Assembly: GCA_964449145.1 (NCBI GenBank)
Contig: CAYUYF010000006.1
Location: forward strand, 2,847-66,846
Direction: 5' to 3'
Source of the DNA: an uncultured Gemmatimonadaceae bacterium
GTDB taxonomy: Bacteria; Gemmatimonadota; Gemmatimonadetes; Gemmatimonadales; GWC2-71-9
Length of the DNA stretch: 64,000 bases
A program made the position numbers and the translations under genes. The notes below the pieces were generated by a model, which was not told the origin of the DNA, did not search any database, and was given only the letters and a program-made list of their open reading frames with translations. This document shows, piece after piece, positions 61,647-64,000 of the stretch. Numbering within the stretch: the stretch's first letter is position 1; every line of letters starts with the position of its first letter.

Positions 61647-61704
61647 CCCCGGTGGAGGTGGCGCAGGGGTGGAGTTCGCTCCCCCCCACGCCCCGCCACC
61701 GGGG
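61647..61704 (+). terminator. Long GC-rich imperfect hairpin between fliC and fliD (attenuator/terminator candidate)
   Basis: Outer arms CCCCGGTGG/CCACCGGGG are a perfect 9 bp. The inner stem GGGGTGGAG-TTCG-CTCCCCCCC has 8 of 9 pairs. There is no U-tract. Confidence 0.35.
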
Positions 61705-61730
61705 GCTTCACCCTTCACTCCGGGACCCCG

Positions 61731-63692
61731 ATGGACTCTTCCAGCGCAATCTCCGGTCTGATCAGCGGCATCCAGTACCGCGATCTGGTGGACCAGATCA
61801 TTTCGGTGGAGAGCCGTCCGGCCCAGGCCGCGCGCGATCGCGCCACCCGGCTCCGGAACCAGCAGGCGGCCATCAAGACATACCGGGGCCTGCTGACCTC
61901 GCTGCAGACGGCGGCCAAGGCGCTGCGCGACGGCTCCGCGTTCGACGCGATGAGCACCTCCTCCGCGATCGCCGCGGGCTCCAGGACGCTGGTCACTGGC
62001 AGCGCCACGGCCAATGCTTCCCCCGGCAGCTACAACATCAGCGTCACCTCCGCGACCCTGGCGCAGGCCCAGAAACTGGGATCCGTTGGCCAGGCCAGCG
62101 TCACCGGCCCGCTCGGGTTTGCCGGCACGTTTGACCTCAACGGCCAGACGGTGACCCTCGTCGCGACGGACTCGCTGGTGGAGGTCCGCGACAAGATCAA
62201 TGCCCTCAACACGGGCACGAGCGCCACCAAGGTGAGCGCCTCGATTCTCTCCGTCGGCGCCACCAGCCACAAATTGGTGCTGACCAGCCAGACCACCGGC
62301 GCGGCCGGAATGACTCTCAGCGACACCGCCGGTTCGGCGCTGCAGTCGCTCGGCTTGCTCTCAAACCCGACCACGATCGATCCCACCGCCGTGCTCCAGG
62401 CCGGCGCGGATCTCAGTTTCACGATTGACGGCGTGGCGTTTACCCGGACTACCAACACCGTCAGCGACGCCATTGACGGGGTCACCCTGAACTTCTCCGG
62501 CGCCGAACCCGGAGCTGTGACCCGGCTCTCGGTGGAGCGATTCCTGGAGGGCGCCCGCGGCAGCATCCAGGCCGTCGTGGAGGCCTACAACAAGGTGGTG
62601 GACTTCCTCAAGGAACAGGGGACCAGCGATCCGGAAGCGACCACCCGGCCCGCACTCTACGGGGACACCCTGATCCGCACCATGCGCAGCCGGCTGCCCC
62701 AGCTGATGCTCACGACGATCGGCGCCGCCCCGGCCGACCTCAACCGACCCGGCCTGGCCGGTGTGGCGCTGGACAGCACCGGCAAGCTGACCTTCGACTC
62801 CACCAAGTTCGACGCCGCATTCCAGGATCGGCTCGCCGATGTGCGGCACCTGTTTCAGCAGACCGGCACCGCCACCGGCACGGGGCTCACCTATATCTCG
62901 AGCACGATCGACAGCAAGGCCGGCAGCTACGCGGTGGACATCACCCAGCTCGCCACCCAGTCGAGCGTCACCGGCGCGGGGCTCGCCGGCGGGGTCTACA
63001 GCGATGACGGCACCCCCGACACCATGACGGTCACCGATACCCGGATGGGGAAATCGGTCAGCATTGCGCTCAGCAACGGAATGACATCCGCGCAGATCGT
63101 GGCGGCGTTGACCTCGGCGTTCGGGACCGCCGGCCTCGGGCTGACCGCCACCGACGTGGGCGGGCAGGTCCAGATCACCCAGGTCGGCTACGGCTCCGCC
63201 GCCGGCATCACCGTGGAATACGCCGCCGGCGGCACTCAGGGGTCGGACCCCATCGCCGCAGCCACGTACGCCGACGGCTTGGACATCGCCGGGACCATTG
63301 GCGGCCTGGCGGCCACAGGGTCGGGCCAGGTGCTGCTGGGCAGCAGCGGGACCGACGCCGCCGGGATCGCGGTGCGGTATGACGGGGCCAGCCTTGGCGT
63401 CGCAGGGGACACTACCGTGGATCTCGGCACCGGGGCGGAGCTGGAGCGCCTGGTGACGGCCTTTGTCCAGAGCAACTCGGGGTTCGTCTCCCTGCGGGAG
63501 ACCTCCCTGGCAGAGAACATCCTCCGGCAGGAGGAACGCGCGGACAACATCGATGCGCGGCTGGCCATCCGGCGCAGCTCGCTGCTGGTGCAGTTTGCGC
63601 GCATGGAATCCGCCCTGGCGCAGTTCCAGAGCCAATCGCAGTCCGTGACCGCCATCCTGGGAGCCCTGAATCAGGGCGGAGGCAGCGCGTGA
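61731..63692 (+). CDS. fliD: Flagellar filament cap protein FliD
   Basis: N-terminus ISGLISGIQYRDLVDQIISVESRPA; C-terminus RRSSLLVQFARMESALAQFQSQ. 653 aa. Confidence 0.92.
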   Translation: MDSSSAISGLISGIQYRDLVDQIISVESRPAQAARDRATRLRNQQAAIKTYRGLLTSLQTAAKALRDGSAFDAMSTSSAIAAGSRTLVTGSATANASPGSYNISVTSATLAQAQKLGSVGQASVTGPLGFAGTFDLNGQTVTLVATDSLVEVRDKINALNTGTSATKVSASILSVGATSHKLVLTSQTTGAAGMTLSDTAGSALQSLGLLSNPTTIDPTAVLQAGADLSFTIDGVAFTRTTNTVSDAIDGVTLNFSGAEPGAVTRLSVERFLEGARGSIQAVVEAYNKVVDFLKEQGTSDPEATTRPALYGDTLIRTMRSRLPQLMLTTIGAAPADLNRPGLAGVALDSTGKLTFDSTKFDAAFQDRLADVRHLFQQTGTATGTGLTYISSTIDSKAGSYAVDITQLATQSSVTGAGLAGGVYSDDGTPDTMTVTDTRMGKSVSIALSNGMTSAQIVAALTSAFGTAGLGLTATDVGGQVQITQVGYGSAAGITVEYAAGGTQGSDPIAAATYADGLDIAGTIGGLAATGSGQVLLGSSGTDAAGIAVRYDGASLGVAGDTTVDLGTGAELERLVTAFVQSNSGFVSLRETSLAENILRQEERADNIDARLAIRRSSLLVQFARMESALAQFQSQSQSVTAILGALNQGGGSA

Positions 63693-64000
63693 GCTACACA
63701 GCCGTGAACCGGTACCAGCAGAACGACATCGTGTCCATGTCGCCCGCGCGCCGGGTAGTGTTCCTCTACGGCCAGGCCCTGGCCAGTCTCCGGCAGGCGG
63801 CCAGGCACCTGGAGCAGGGGGAAATCGAGGCCCGCAGCAAGTGCCTGACCCGGGCCCGAGAGATCCTCGGCGAACTCCTCGCCACGCTTGACTTCGAGGC
63901 CGGCGGATCTGTGGCCAAGAATCTCGCCGCACTCTACGCCTGGTTCATCGCCGAGACACTCCAGGTGGATCTCAAACAGGATGGGCCGCGCCTGCAGCAG
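63689..64000 (+). CDS. fliS: Flagellin chaperone FliS (3' end cut by window edge)
   Basis: The GTG start overlaps the fliD stop (GTGA) after GGCGGAGG. YQQNDIVSMSPARRVVFLYGQAL...NLAALYAWFI is the FliS pattern. Confidence 0.88.
   Translation, partial: MSYTAVNRYQQNDIVSMSPARRVVFLYGQALASLRQAARHLEQGEIEARSKCLTRAREILGELLATLDFEAGGSVAKNLAALYAWFIAETLQVDLKQDGPRLQQ

Noticed and set aside
1-64000. Search by eye for rRNA, tRNA, CRISPR arrays, transposases, integrases, phage genes, toxin-antitoxin pairs or defence-system genes.
   Set aside because: None was recognised. Every ORF above ~100 aa that looks coding has a motility, chemotaxis, signalling or glycosylation assignment. There is no direct-repeat array and no marked compositional island apart from short promoter-like AT-richer patches. 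This was not an exhaustive computational scan.

Overview
This window is very GC-rich (roughly two-thirds to 70% G+C by eye, not computed) and almost entirely a core motility/chemotaxis locus of a diderm bacterium, since the L/P-ring genes flgH and flgI are present. I cannot assign a taxon. Content by region: (1) 1-838 holds the 3' part of an Opp/Dpp-type ABC ATPase gene. (2) 862-16194, minus strand, is a long chemotaxis/signalling operon: secreted protein, transmembrane MCP, cheA, cheW, soluble PAS-MCP, cheR, cheX, PilZ, cheY, cheB, a REC protein with a Cys-rich tail, a small protein, HDOD, and a hybrid histidine kinase. (3) 16195-16834 is a 640-bp non-coding island. (4) 16835-21493 holds a second HDOD gene transcribed divergently from motA-motB-REC/HD-GYP-histidine kinase. 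(5) 21490-50720 is about 29 kb of collinear, tightly coupled minus-strand flagellar genes. Their order is flgB-flgC-orf-fliE-F-G-H-I-J-ylxF-like-fliK-flgD-flgE | fliL-M-N-O/P-Q-R-flhB-A-F-G-fliA-orf | flgF-G-A-H-I-J-flgN-flgK-csrA, which closely matches the Bacillus fla/che operon. (6) 51125-52573 encodes an NtrC-type sigma54 activator. (7) 52774-55393 holds flgL-fliW-glycosyltransferase, followed by a methyltransferase/TPR-glycosyltransferase block (55407-60130) and then fliC-fliD-fliS, with fliS cut by the window end. I saw no rRNA, tRNA, CRISPR array, transposase or integrase. By eye I found six sigma28-type and up to five sigma54-type promoter candidates, placed sensibly in front of operons. 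There is no obvious foreign or defence system. The items worth a second look are accessories of the motility machinery. They are a putative flagellin glycosylation/methylation island built around a TPR-GT9 enzyme, an orphan sigma54-promoter/mini-ORF/terminator unit, and a palindromic pair of overlapping divergent sigma28 promoters. Others are a FliO-FliP fusion, unassigned small genes translationally coupled to fliA and flgC, a split CsrA-FliW-flagellin circuit, and several c-di-GMP-related modules (PilZ, degenerate HD-GYP, 2x HDOD) wired into the che and mot operons. All motif calls come from reading the sequence and from remembered family signatures; no database search was run.
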